This document shows, in pieces, positions 49,499 to 59,374 of a stretch of 64,000 nucleotides of DNA (position 1 is its first letter; each line of letters begins with the position of its first letter). Origin of the DNA: an uncultured Candidatus Poseidoniales archaeon (GTDB lineage Archaea > Thermoplasmatota > Poseidoniia > Poseidoniales > Thalassarchaeaceae). The DNA is taken from NCBI GenBank assembly GCA_902511005.1, contig CABXDN010000002.1:77595-141594 (forward strand). The letters are read 5' to 3'. The position numbers and the translations under genes were made by a program. Under the pieces are notes generated by a model. That model worked only from the letters and a program-made list of their open reading frames with translations, ran no database searches and had not been told where the DNA came from.

Positions 49499-50707
49499 TC
49501 ATCGGTATTGTAACTCAATTATGAAATGTTTGACCTCAGTGTTGTGAGTTTTCTCATTTTGTATGTCTGCAGTCCAATCGCCCGGCAATTTGCCTCGTAT
49601 CGTGGAACCACTAATTACCATCCAAACACAATGGTCATCCGAGTCACAATCTCCTGCATCTCTATTATCTGCTCCAATCGCAGAAGTATTGGCTACTTCA
49701 TCATCTGTGTTATTGTAAACATAGATATCAAGTATATTCTCTGAATCGACAGTTATTCCCCCTGCACCATCGTCTTCCTTAGGATAAATTAATTTGATTC
49801 TGAGATAACGTATCCTATCATCAGTTTCGGTATTATATGATACAGGATACTCCCAAGACATAATTATTGGATCGTTTCCTAAACGACGATCTATTTCAAA
49901 ATCTGACCAAACACCACGATAATTAACATAAACTTTAGTTTGTTCTGAAGAGGTTAGGCCATTGTTATCTACAACAGTCAAACTTACTTCCCATGCACCT
50001 CCACTAATTGCTTCACCGGTAGAGGGTAAATTTTCCCATTCAATTACTTCTCCTGTAGCATCAATATCGTTCTCAAAATCACCATCATTATCTGAATCAT
50101 AACTGGTATCTAAATCCCAGTTCCATTCTACAATATATTCTTCAGCATAACAATCTGAATCATCTGGATCACAACCAGCCCATGAATCAGAAGCGTCAAG
50201 AGTGATTTTTGTCGTAAATTCTACAGACTTGTCACTTATTTCTTTATCTTCTTCACAAACCCAAATTAAAACAAATTGTCCTGCTGGCGCTGACTCTCCA
50301 TCACAATCTTCATCTTTATCCGAACTAATGTCCGCCTGAGGAACTCTCGCATCTGGATCAATAATATTCACAGTTTTCTTAGTTGTAGTCTCCAATGAGC
50401 CATCACTAACAGTTAATTTTACAGAATATTCACCGTCTTGAACGTAAGAGTGAGTGGTTGTAAGGCCGGATCCGATATTGCCATCACCAAAATTCCAAGT
50501 GAAAGTTAGGGAATCTCCATCAGGATCGCTAGAACCTGCCGCATTGAATGTTATTTCATCTCCTGCCCGAATATTTGAATTAGGGTTCATAGAAAATGTA
50601 GAGGAAGGTGCATTATTCCCACTAAAAGAGTCTAAACAACCTGCTAAAGGTGTACTAATCATCAACAAAACCAACATAAATGCAAGTCCATGAACGCGCG
50701 CCATCAT
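49499..50707 (-). CDS. PKD-domain lipoprotein
   Basis: Lipobox LAGC; SSDPDGD..WNFGDG..HSY..YSVKLTVSD; second PKD-like segment. Confidence 0.85.
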   Translation of the reverse strand: MMARVHGLAFMLVLLMISTPLAGCLDSFSGNNAPSSTFSMNPNSNIRAGDEITFNAAGSSDPDGDSLTFTWNFGDGNIGSGLTTTHSYVQDGEYSVKLTVSDGSLETTTKKTVNIIDPDARVPQADISSDKDEDCDGESAPAGQFVLIWVCEEDKEISDKSVEFTTKITLDASDSWAGCDPDDSDCYAEEYIVEWNWDLDTSYDSDNDGDFENDIDATGEVIEWENLPSTGEAISGGAWEVSLTVVDNNGLTSSEQTKVYVNYRGVWSDFEIDRRLGNDPIIMSWEYPVSYNTETDDRIRYLRIKLIYPKEDDGAGGITVDSENILDIYVYNNTDDEVANTSAIGADNRDAGDCDSDDHCVWMVISGSTIRGKLPGDWTADIQNEKTHNTEVKHFIIELQYR

Positions 50708-50758
50708 GACTTGCGTGACATCCTTGTTTCATCAAACCTACGGATTCCTGTAATAGTA

Positions 50759-53410
50759 CTAAAAGTCGAATAAAGACTTCTGAGTTGAAGGATTTTTGGC
50801 ATAATCTTTGAGTTGTGATTCGTCAAATTTCAGTGCAGATGTAATGCGGCCAAGCGATTTCGCTAGTCGATTCACATAATATTGAGGATCCGGTTCTGGT
50901 GCTTCACCACCGATTTCATCAACTAACCATGCTTTGACTTCCATTGGACTTGATTTAGAGTTTGTAATGATATAACCAACTTTCATCCCTGGTGTAAATT
51001 GCAGTCCACGACTAATTCTTTCTTTAGCGGCTCTTACATATGGAAGACTATCAGGATTCGCGTATATCTTATCAAAAACCCACTTGCCAGATTTTTTATC
51101 CCAACTACCTTTACAACTTCGACTAACTATCAAATCAGAAGTTTCTACATTTCCATGATGAACATCGGTAATTACAGACTTAGCTAAACCTATGGCGCCA
51201 TCTTCATCACCTTCTAGTATTAATTCAAACATCTCAGTCATAGTTTTACTTAGTATAGTGAATGAATCAGTCCTTCTAACTTCGTAGCCTCTTATCAGTA
51301 ATTCTTCACGTGGCCATATGACTCTTCCTACGTATCTTTTTTTGGCACCATGAGAAAAAAATGCAGATAGTGCTGTTTCGAACTCTAACTCCGCGCCTTC
51401 TTTGGTAAATTGGTTAGCTAATTGTTTACCAAGTTTGATTGTTTCATCTTTCGCATTTTCCCATGCTAATAATTTCGGCCCTTCAACAGGTTTCTTAGCA
51501 GGGGTATTTTCTTCGGTGCGAGTACAAACAAATATAGAATCAGTATCCGAATAAACCACATCATAACCATCTTTCTCTAAGTTAGATATTATTTCAGTAA
51601 TATTATACCTAGCCCATTCTGTAATACTAGCACCTAATTTCTCATGTGTGAAACGATAAAAACTGGAAGCGAAAACACCGTAAAATGAATTCATTAGAAT
51701 TTTTACCGCATATTGAAGTTGATCATTTAGAAATGCTTCATCTTCGTCACCTTTCTCAATAGCTTGGGCATATGCTTTCTTATATTTATCACGACTATCC
51801 ATTAATCCTTGAAGTAATAAAGGAACAAGCCCCACTCTATCTTCTTTCGATAAGTAACGTGTTTCAGTAACTGGAGAAATAAAATGACTAGGGTCTTTTT
51901 CGCCCTCTCGAATTAATGTTGTTGAACAGATATTATTAGTAATCATTATTGAAGGGTACATAGATTTGAAATCAAGAACTGCTACCCAATTTTTGGTACC
52001 AGGTTCGACTTCATGGACATAACCACCTGCAATCTGTTCTCTTCTTCCAGTAGCTCTATTTGTTGAGGGAATTGCAACTCCATTTCTATCGGCTAATCTA
52101 ACGACTAACGAATCTATCCACTGACTAGTAGTTCCATTAGATGCTGTTTCTACGGTTGTTGAAGATACAGAGGCCAATGCTTCTTTTCTGGGTATTGATT
52201 TTAGTTTATCTAAAATATCTAATGGCAGTATTGTATCTCTCACGCAATACTCCATAACTTCATCAGGACGATTCGCCCATTCCATATCCATTTGGCTAGC
52301 ATCAACATCTAATTTTTGCTTATCATCTTGATTTGGCCATAATAAATTTGACACGTATTTCAGGGATTCTCTCTGAGGACTCAAAGTTTGTCTTGCCTGC
52401 CACCAGGCATCTAAGGGGATTCGGCCAGAAATATTCCAAACTCTATTTAATCGCCGAGAAGGGAACACTCTGAGTGGTTTTTTCGTTCCTATTTCTGCAT
52501 TTGTAAAAGGTAAACGACCCCATCCAAACATAGATGCGCGATCTGATAATGACTTACCGCTATTCTCTTCAGAACGTTCTTGCATCCTAGGGAGATCGAA
52601 GTTGTCGATATTATATCCTGTGATAAAATCAGGATCTTCATCTCTGACTAATCTTGTTAGGCCTTCCATTATTTCTCTTTCTGTACCCTTAAATTCGCTA
52701 ATTTGCCTTTTTCCATTTCTGTCGATAACAGCAGCAGCACATAGGATAGTATTATGCTGCACGCTAGTTTCTAAATCATAAGAAAATGTGACAAAAGGCG
52801 TGGGGAACGGTTCTATACGCTGTAAATCTGAAATATCGCAATGCATTATCAAATCAACGGGGTAAAGTCCTGCACCACCTAATTGCTTTATTTTCTGAGC
52901 AGCTGAATCAGAATCAGTTGTTTTTTCGATAAGTTCAGGAGCGCGTTTACCCGCCCAAAGTACTTCACCACTAAATGAAATGTGGGGACCTAAATCACAA
53001 TCCATTAGAAGCCTATGCACTAAGAGAATATCTGAACTTGTCACATCCCAACCTGAAGAAGATAATGCCTTTCTAAGATCGCGAACTTTCATAGTATCTG
53101 TTACATTGACTTTCCAATGAGGTTTTTCTCGACCTTCATACAACTTATTTCCTAACGCAATCGGTTCTCCTACCACTCTCGAGTCTTTAGATACTGAATT
53201 CAAGGATAAGCTAGGATTTTGAGAATTAGAATCGGTTCTAGGATCTGAAATTTCTATGTAGGGATTTAATCCATTAACCAATAATAATACAGAATGGCCC
53301 GATTTAGAACGGCACCAGAGTTCTATAGCAGTTTTGCCAACACCACCCGGCCAGGCACGATTCTCTCCCGAGATAATACAAGCTTCTTCCCGCCATTCCA
53401 ATGTACACAC
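50759..53410 (-). CDS. polB: Family B DNA polymerase with 3'-5' exonuclease
   Basis: ExoI YDLET, ExoII GYNIDNFD, ExoIII YCVRD, DFKSMYPS, KILMNSFYG, YSDTDS; start uncertain. Confidence 0.95.
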   Translation of the reverse strand: MCTLEWREEACIISGENRAWPGGVGKTAIELWCRSKSGHSVLLLVNGLNPYIEISDPRTDSNSQNPSLSLNSVSKDSRVVGEPIALGNKLYEGREKPHWKVNVTDTMKVRDLRKALSSSGWDVTSSDILLVHRLLMDCDLGPHISFSGEVLWAGKRAPELIEKTTDSDSAAQKIKQLGGAGLYPVDLIMHCDISDLQRIEPFPTPFVTFSYDLETSVQHNTILCAAAVIDRNGKRQISEFKGTEREIMEGLTRLVRDEDPDFITGYNIDNFDLPRMQERSEENSGKSLSDRASMFGWGRLPFTNAEIGTKKPLRVFPSRRLNRVWNISGRIPLDAWWQARQTLSPQRESLKYVSNLLWPNQDDKQKLDVDASQMDMEWANRPDEVMEYCVRDTILPLDILDKLKSIPRKEALASVSSTTVETASNGTTSQWIDSLVVRLADRNGVAIPSTNRATGRREQIAGGYVHEVEPGTKNWVAVLDFKSMYPSIMITNNICSTTLIREGEKDPSHFISPVTETRYLSKEDRVGLVPLLLQGLMDSRDKYKKAYAQAIEKGDEDEAFLNDQLQYAVKILMNSFYGVFASSFYRFTHEKLGASITEWARYNITEIISNLEKDGYDVVYSDTDSIFVCTRTEENTPAKKPVEGPKLLAWENAKDETIKLGKQLANQFTKEGAELEFETALSAFFSHGAKKRYVGRVIWPREELLIRGYEVRRTDSFTILSKTMTEMFELILEGDEDGAIGLAKSVITDVHHGNVETSDLIVSRSCKGSWDKKSGKWVFDKIYANPDSLPYVRAAKERISRGLQFTPGMKVGYIITNSKSSPMEVKAWLVDEIGGEAPEPDPQYYVNRLAKSLGRITSALKFDESQLKDYAKNPSTQKSLFDF

Positions 53411-53536
53411 CGCAGCCTATCATTAGTGCGTAAGTATCAGTACTTGTGAAGTTCTCCTAGTGCTATTTTGAGTTTGATTGAGCACAACCGTTGAAAGCCG
53501 TCCCCTCTCCCTATGCATTTGATAGAGGCCTTTACG

Positions 53537-54562
53537 ATGTTAGATGATTCAAAGCCAAGTATTGATTGGGATAGTCTAACATTTAGTTTTACAGAAACCG
53601 ATAAGATGTTTATTGCTAACTGTAAACAAGGCGAGGAATGGCAAAATGGAATTATGCAGGACTATCAAGACTTGAAAATTTCTCCCGCGGCAGGAGTGAT
53701 AAATTACGGCCAAGGATTATTTGAAGGCATGAAAGCAAGACGGGCAGAAGATGGGAGAGTTCTTTTGTTTAGACCAGAATTTAATGCTCGAAGATCGGCT
53801 GAAGGTTGCAGAAGATTAGGGATGCCTCCAGTATCTGAAGAAATGTTCCTAAATGCTGTAAGAAAAGTTGTTCATGAAAATATTAGATGGTTGCCGCCTA
53901 CAGGAAGAGGAGAGTTATACATACGTCCTTTGATTTTCGGTAGCGGTCCAATTTTGGGTGTTGCTCCAGCGCCAGAGTTTACTTTCTTAATTTACGCCGT
54001 ACCTGTAGGACCATACTTCAAGGGAGGTATGAATCCTATCTCATTGAAAGTATCTGATGAATACCATAGAGCTGCCCCTGGAGGCTCAGGTGGAGTGAAG
54101 GCAATTGGAAACTATGCCCCTGGAATGATGCCTTCTAAGAATGCAAAAGCACAAGGTTATGCTGAAATTATTTATCTCGATGCTGTAAATCACAAATATG
54201 TTGAAGAAGTAGGTGCTGCGAATTTCTTCTGCATTAAGAATAAAGTAATATATACACCTGAACTTACAGGAACAATTCTCCCAGGAATTACTAGAATGTC
54301 TACAATTGAATTAGCTAGATCATTAGGATATGAAGTAAAAGAAACAAAGGTAGATATTGAATTTGCAATGACTGCTGATGAGGCTTTTTGTGCTGGAACT
54401 GCTGCAGTTATCTCCCCTATTGGCTCAATAGAGCACAGTGGTAAAATTGCAAATTATTCGGATGGAGGTATTGGAAAGATAACTCAGGAACTTTATGTGG
54501 CTTTAACCGATATTATGAATGGTCGTGTTGAAGATAAATTTGGATGGACTCCAGAGCTTTGA
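53537..54562 (+). CDS. ilvE: Branched-chain amino acid aminotransferase
   Basis: YGQGLFEGMKA, LYIRP, KAIGNY, EEVGAANFF, ILPGITR, GTAAVISP. Confidence 0.95.
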   Translation: MLDDSKPSIDWDSLTFSFTETDKMFIANCKQGEEWQNGIMQDYQDLKISPAAGVINYGQGLFEGMKARRAEDGRVLLFRPEFNARRSAEGCRRLGMPPVSEEMFLNAVRKVVHENIRWLPPTGRGELYIRPLIFGSGPILGVAPAPEFTFLIYAVPVGPYFKGGMNPISLKVSDEYHRAAPGGSGGVKAIGNYAPGMMPSKNAKAQGYAEIIYLDAVNHKYVEEVGAANFFCIKNKVIYTPELTGTILPGITRMSTIELARSLGYEVKETKVDIEFAMTADEAFCAGTAAVISPIGSIEHSGKIANYSDGGIGKITQELYVALTDIMNGRVEDKFGWTPEL

Positions 54563-55015
54563 TCATTTACGACCAAATTTCTTCTTTCTTTGCCCGCCAG
54601 TATTTCCTTTGAACGATTTACGCTGATTTCTAATTTGCTTATCTCCCTTCTTCTGAGATTTTTTATTTGTCGATTCATTGGCTTTTGCTTCTTTAAATTG
54701 ACGACGAAGCCGTAACCCAATAGATTGCATTACTCCTTCTTTTGATTCCGCTCTAGTTACAGAGATTGCTTCTTGAGTAGAAAGAATTAATCTCCCTTCT
54801 TTAGAATGAGGACGAGAAGGGTGACTGGCTTCTAAATCTCTCTTCATTTTAGAAAGTCCTGCATCACGAGCAGCCCAAACTAAAGCATCTAAACTTGGAT
54901 TTGGAATAGACGCTTCTTTAGGAACTCTTCTTCCTTCGGAACGAGATAATTTGGAGTCGAAATATCGAGTCCAAAGAGTCATCTTTGACTTGTCCGCTGT
55001 CATGCTATCGCTCAC
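54563..55015 (-). CDS. srp19: Signal recognition particle 19 kDa protein
   Basis: LWTRYFDSKLSRSEGRRVPK..P; follows rps8e as is usual in archaea. Confidence 0.88.
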   Translation of the reverse strand: MSDSMTADKSKMTLWTRYFDSKLSRSEGRRVPKEASIPNPSLDALVWAARDAGLSKMKRDLEASHPSRPHSKEGRLILSTQEAISVTRAESKEGVMQSIGLRLRRQFKEAKANESTNKKSQKKGDKQIRNQRKSFKGNTGGQRKKKFGRK

Positions 55016-55052
55016 TCCGCGTTATTTGACTAACTTGAGGGCTTCGACTGAA

Positions 55053-55445
55053 TCATTCTTCGATAAGAACGCCAGAAACTACTCCGTCCATGCCTGGTCT
55101 ACTAGTTACTTTGACTTTGCCTAGATCGGTTTGAATGATTGCGCCTTTAGTAACTATGTTACGACGTACAAAGTTAAGATTTGCACTGTTTTCAATAACG
55201 TTTGATATTGTAGAACGAGTAGTCTTACCATCCTTTGAGTGGACGTTTACTGTGTGAGCAGAAGTAACTCTAACGGTCTGTGAACCTGCGTTCTTTCGGT
55301 ATTTCTTAGAAGCGTCTTCACTGCCTACAAAAGCGTATTGAGTTTCGCTAGAAATCTCTGTTCGGCGCTTGCCTCGATAACGGTTTGGTCGCTTCAAGCG
55401 TCCGCCTGTCGCCTTGCGTCGAGAGATACCATGCCACTTTGCCAT
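55053..55445 (-). CDS. rps8e: 30S ribosomal protein eS8
   Basis: SRRKATGGR, NFVRRNIVTKGAII, TSRPGMDGVV. Confidence 0.96.
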   Translation of the reverse strand: MAKWHGISRRKATGGRLKRPNRYRGKRRTEISSETQYAFVGSEDASKKYRKNAGSQTVRVTSAHTVNVHSKDGKTTRSTISNVIENSANLNFVRRNIVTKGAIIQTDLGKVKVTSRPGMDGVVSGVLIEE

Positions 55446-55570
55446 GCAAGTCGCCGACTTGCCACCCTTATTTCAATAGATTGGAATAAACAATGAAAAT
55501 AAAATTAGTATATTCCATTCAAAATAACTATTCAGATAGTTTATTTTCTGATAGTTTATCTTAAGTATAT

Positions 55571-56104
55571 TTGATAGATGATATCCTCTCAGAACTAACC
55601 GTGAGTGAGAAGAGACTTCGTCGTCGAACACCTGTTAGATTGAAACAAATACGTAATGAAATCCAAGAAATATCTGAGCGAATAGATGTAAAATTAGACC
55701 TATCAGGTTCTTTCTTAGAGAGAGGCCATTTCCAAGAAAGAGACCTCATACTTGTTGATAAAATACCTCTTGCAATGCAAATACAAACTGACTCCGGAAA
55801 ATTATGGTATCCAACTATCAGAGGCATCTTATCTTGGGGCGCTGAAACAAACTCAGCTTCCGTAGATCATGGCGCTATTCCTTTCTTGATGAATGGAGCA
55901 GATTGTATGGGTGCAGGGGTTCACGATGCTGATTCTCAAATCCAACCTGGCGACTTAATGTGGATTAAAGATCAACAACATGGTAAGCCTCTAGCAATAG
56001 GAATGGCAATTGTAAGTGGTACTGAGATGGCAGAAATGACGAAAGGTAAAGCAATTACAACTATTCATTGGGTTGGAGATGAACTGTGGGAACTAGAAAC
56101 ATGA
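55571..56104 (+). CDS. PUA-domain RNA-binding protein (DUF1947-PUA, Tma20/MCT-1-like)
   Basis: PTIRG, VDHGAIPFLMNGADCMGAG, KGKAITTIHWVGDELW. Confidence 0.88.
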   Translation: MIDDILSELTVSEKRLRRRTPVRLKQIRNEIQEISERIDVKLDLSGSFLERGHFQERDLILVDKIPLAMQIQTDSGKLWYPTIRGILSWGAETNSASVDHGAIPFLMNGADCMGAGVHDADSQIQPGDLMWIKDQQHGKPLAIGMAIVSGTEMAEMTKGKAITTIHWVGDELWELET

Positions 56105-56119
56105 ATCAATAGGATTCAT

Positions 56120-56695
56120 TTGTGTGAATCTCTTGGAACTGTTGTGCACAAACTTATCGCAGTTGCTATTGTTATGATTTTAGCATTCAATGTTACTGCC
56201 TCTGAACAAGGAGGATTTAACGAAGAAACTCCCGTAGAAGGAACTGATATTGCCTCCATTGACTATCATCATCAGGCATCCGCTGGAGAACTGTTTGGTA
56301 TTAATGTAGAATTAACAAAAAATGCTCAAAATAATACTACTAATATAAATTGGGTCACTCAAATATGTATTAACTCAGGAATCTGCTACCCACCAGAAAC
56401 TAACCCTCTAGAATATAGAGAAAATGGGATGTGGAACGGATCAATTACCCCTGGAGATCATGTGACCTATGTTAATTGGAGAATTGACTTAATAGACTCT
56501 AATGAAAATGTAACAAAGGTCCCTGAAAATGGATTCGGATGGAAAGTGTGGTCTGATTGTTGGTATGATGGAAGCGACTGGGGGGGAAATGATAGTTCAT
56601 GTCAAGAAGATAATGATGACAACGTCCCTGGTTTCATTACACCACTAACTCTGGCAGCAATAGGGACAGCAGGTTTGATGGCTCGACGCGACTGA
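56120..56695 (+). CDS. Secreted protein with PGF-CTERM sorting signal
   Basis: N-terminal signal peptide; C-terminal VPGF + TM + RRD. Confidence 0.75.
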   Translation: MCESLGTVVHKLIAVAIVMILAFNVTASEQGGFNEETPVEGTDIASIDYHHQASAGELFGINVELTKNAQNNTTNINWVTQICINSGICYPPETNPLEYRENGMWNGSITPGDHVTYVNWRIDLIDSNENVTKVPENGFGWKVWSDCWYDGSDWGGNDSSCQEDNDDNVPGFITPLTLAAIGTAGLMARRD

Positions 56696-56703
56696 GCGTA
56701 TTC

Positions 56704-57384
56704 ATGACCGATGCTGCTGAGGAGTCAGGATTTATTGATTTAGAGTTTGATGAACTATCAAAAGAAGATATGAATACACGGGCTTTAAATTTTTTTAATT
56801 TAATGAATAAAAGAAGGACTACAAGGCATTTTTCTGATAAAAATGTGCCACGGGAACTTATAGAGTATGCCATAAAAACAGCAGGGACATCCCCCTCTGG
56901 AGCTCACTTACAACCATGGACTTTTGTTGCTATATCAAATAATGATTTGAAAAAGAAGATACGGGAAGCTGCAGAAGAAGAAGAGAGAAAAACATATTCT
57001 GAAAGAATGCCAGAATCATGGGCAGAATTATTACGTCCTTTGGGTACTGATTATGTTAAAGAACACATAACAGATGCTCCATGGATTATTGTAATCTTCA
57101 GACAAACGAAAAGAATTAGAAAAAATGGTGAAATTGGTCCGACATATTATTCTCAAGAATCTTGTGGTATTGCGACCGGTCTCTTTATCGCAGCAATACA
57201 AAATATGGGACTTACGACTTTAACTCATACGCCTTCTCCAATGAAATTTTTGAGAGAGTTATTAGGGCGTCCAGAACATGAACATGCAATGCTCTTAATG
57301 CCTGTCGGTTATCCGGCTAGTGATGCTAAAGTTCCAGATTTAGATAGGAAAGATATTGATGAAATTTCAGAATGGTTTGATTAA
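56704..57384 (+). CDS. Iodotyrosine deiodinase-like nitroreductase
   Basis: RRTTRHFS, GTSPSGAHLQPW, IREAAEEEERKTY..W..L.PLGTD..K, ESCGIATG, LTHTPSP. Confidence 0.85.
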   Translation: MTDAAEESGFIDLEFDELSKEDMNTRALNFFNLMNKRRTTRHFSDKNVPRELIEYAIKTAGTSPSGAHLQPWTFVAISNNDLKKKIREAAEEEERKTYSERMPESWAELLRPLGTDYVKEHITDAPWIIVIFRQTKRIRKNGEIGPTYYSQESCGIATGLFIAAIQNMGLTTLTHTPSPMKFLRELLGRPEHEHAMLLMPVGYPASDAKVPDLDRKDIDEISEWFD

Positions 57385-57389
57385 GGAAT

Positions 57390-58343
57390 TCACTCATTTG
57401 TAGAAGGTGTAAAGAAAATTAAAGCGACTCCTGAGCCAATAATTAGAAGACCTCCTATGATGATTTTAGTACTCAACACTTCATCAAATAATATTATTCC
57501 ATATATTGTTGCAATTATCACAGTAAGATATGAAAATGCACTAACCCAAGCGGCATTTGCCTGATGGTATGCCATTGTTATTCCGACTTGACCGCCTCCT
57601 GCCCCTACTCCAATTCCTACTAATGCTGCAGTCATTTCCCAAGTAAGACTAGATAATTCAGGTGCTGCTTGGAAAACTGAACCTAATACAGAAAATGCTG
57701 CAAACCAAAATACAACTGTTGAGGGAGAATCTGTCTTTCTTAAATCACGAACAAAAATATATGCTAAACCTGCAAAGAAACCAGATCCTAGAGCCAATAA
57801 TGCATTAGGATCTATACTATCTAAATCGGGGGAAACAATTAATATAATTCCAAAAAATGCCGTAATTAATGAAATTAGTACTGAAGTAGATACTTTTTCA
57901 CGGATTATGCTTCCTGATAAAAGTGCTACAAATAAAGGAGCAGTATACTGTAGTGTTACTGCTTGACCGATTGGAATTAAAGACAGAGCTGAGAAATATA
58001 GTATCATAGCAATTAATCCAACTAAACATCGCAGAAACATCTTTCTTGGATCATTCATTTTGAGACTGATTCCCTGAAATCTAGCAAATATTGCAACGGC
58101 TAAAGCAATAACTAGAGAACGAATAAAAATTATCATCCAAACATCAGCATTTATCGAAGTCCATTTGACAAGTGCATTCATAGTTCCAAAGCAAATACTC
58201 CCAAATATCATCCAAAGAACTGCGACTTTAGGTGAATCAACAGGGTTCTTTGATTCTAATGTAACATAAGATGAAAGATCTGGGCCATCTTTTGCCAGTT
58301 CAGATATAGATTCAAGCCCTCGGCCAAGTCCTTTAGATGACAT
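57390..58343 (-). CDS. EamA/DMT transporter with N-terminal ParB-like LGRGL peptide
   Basis: About 10 TMs, FIRS, LQYTAPLF..IREKV; N-terminus MSSKGLGRGLESISEL. Confidence 0.9.
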   Translation of the reverse strand: MSSKGLGRGLESISELAKDGPDLSSYVTLESKNPVDSPKVAVLWMIFGSICFGTMNALVKWTSINADVWMIIFIRSLVIALAVAIFARFQGISLKMNDPRKMFLRCLVGLIAMILYFSALSLIPIGQAVTLQYTAPLFVALLSGSIIREKVSTSVLISLITAFFGIILIVSPDLDSIDPNALLALGSGFFAGLAYIFVRDLRKTDSPSTVVFWFAAFSVLGSVFQAAPELSSLTWEMTAALVGIGVGAGGGQVGITMAYHQANAAWVSAFSYLTVIIATIYGIILFDEVLSTKIIIGGLLIIGSGVALIFFTPSTNE

Positions 58344-59291
58344 CTAAATAAGACTCCATCGTTTTTCTAGAACACTTGAAACACCCTGATAATCTTGACC
58401 ACCATTACTATTTGGATCATGAAGATGAATAGGGACGCCATGACTAGGGGCCTCGGCTAATTTGATATTTCTACGAATAGCGGGATGAATGACAAATTCT
58501 GGTAAATGATCTAAAATTTCTGAGGCTACCTGCTGATTTAGAAGGGTACTTGCATGCATTGTCAACAATACACCATCAACTCCTAATTGAGGATTGAGAA
58601 GATTTCTAACTTCCCTTAGAGTTCCTGCTAACATTGCTAATCCCTCTAGAGCAAAGTATTCTGTTTGAACTGGTATCAATACACCATCACTAGCCACTAA
58701 TGCGTTGATTGTCACTAAACCTAAAGATGGAGGAGTGTCAATTATCACAATATCATAATGTGGCAATAATGGCTGTAAAGCTTCAGTCAATCTTCTTTCT
58801 CTACCTAACTGACGCAACATTTCTTGCTCTAGACCTACTAAACTTCTATCACCGACAATCATATGTAACCCTTCTACTGCTGTAGCATGACGTGCTGTAA
58901 CTGCTGTTTCAGGAGATAATATCAGATCTCTAGTTGTGTGTTGGACCTTACTTTTGTCAACTCCTAAACCAGTAGCACAATTGCCCTGAGAATCGGCATC
59001 AACTACCAATACTCGATGACCACGTAAAGCAAGTTGAGATGCGATATTAATTACAGTAGTTGTTTTTCCAACACCTCCTTTCTGATTAATTACAGTAACC
59101 ACTCTAGCACGCCCACTGGGAGTTGGAGATGGAAATGGTAAGTCTAATGGTTTACTCGTTCTTTGAGTCGGAAGAGGATTTAATTCATCAATAGAAGTTT
59201 GAATATCTTCTTCCTCAGTAAATTCTGCATCAATTATCAATGGGACATTTTCAACTTCAGGAAGTCGAGTGCCTTCATCTTCGATGGACAT
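58344..59291 (-). CDS. parA: ParA/Soj family ATPase (paralogue 2) with acidic N-terminal extension
   Basis: NQKGGVGKTT, DADSQGN, IIDTPPSLG, PVQTEYFALEG, LAEAPSHG; start placed at ATG 59291. Confidence 0.93.
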   Translation of the reverse strand: MSIEDEGTRLPEVENVPLIIDAEFTEEEDIQTSIDELNPLPTQRTSKPLDLPFPSPTPSGRARVVTVINQKGGVGKTTTVINIASQLALRGHRVLVVDADSQGNCATGLGVDKSKVQHTTRDLILSPETAVTARHATAVEGLHMIVGDRSLVGLEQEMLRQLGRERRLTEALQPLLPHYDIVIIDTPPSLGLVTINALVASDGVLIPVQTEYFALEGLAMLAGTLREVRNLLNPQLGVDGVLLTMHASTLLNQQVASEILDHLPEFVIHPAIRRNIKLAEAPSHGVPIHLHDPNSNGGQDYQGVSSVLEKRWSLI

Positions 59292-59374
59292 ACAAGCGCC
59301 TTCGGCGCTTAGAAGGGAGTTGAATGTGCCGCTAGAATCAGAGGTAAATCTATTCAATTCAATGGTCGGTCAGA

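Noticed and set aside
47746-49499. tuf-rps10 without an upstream EF-2 gene
   Set aside because: Splitting of the str cluster is common in archaea
55526-55559. GATAGTTTAT direct repeat and AACTAT-N4-ATAGTT palindrome between rps8e and the PUA gene
   Set aside because: Short and AT-rich; cannot be distinguished from chance by eye
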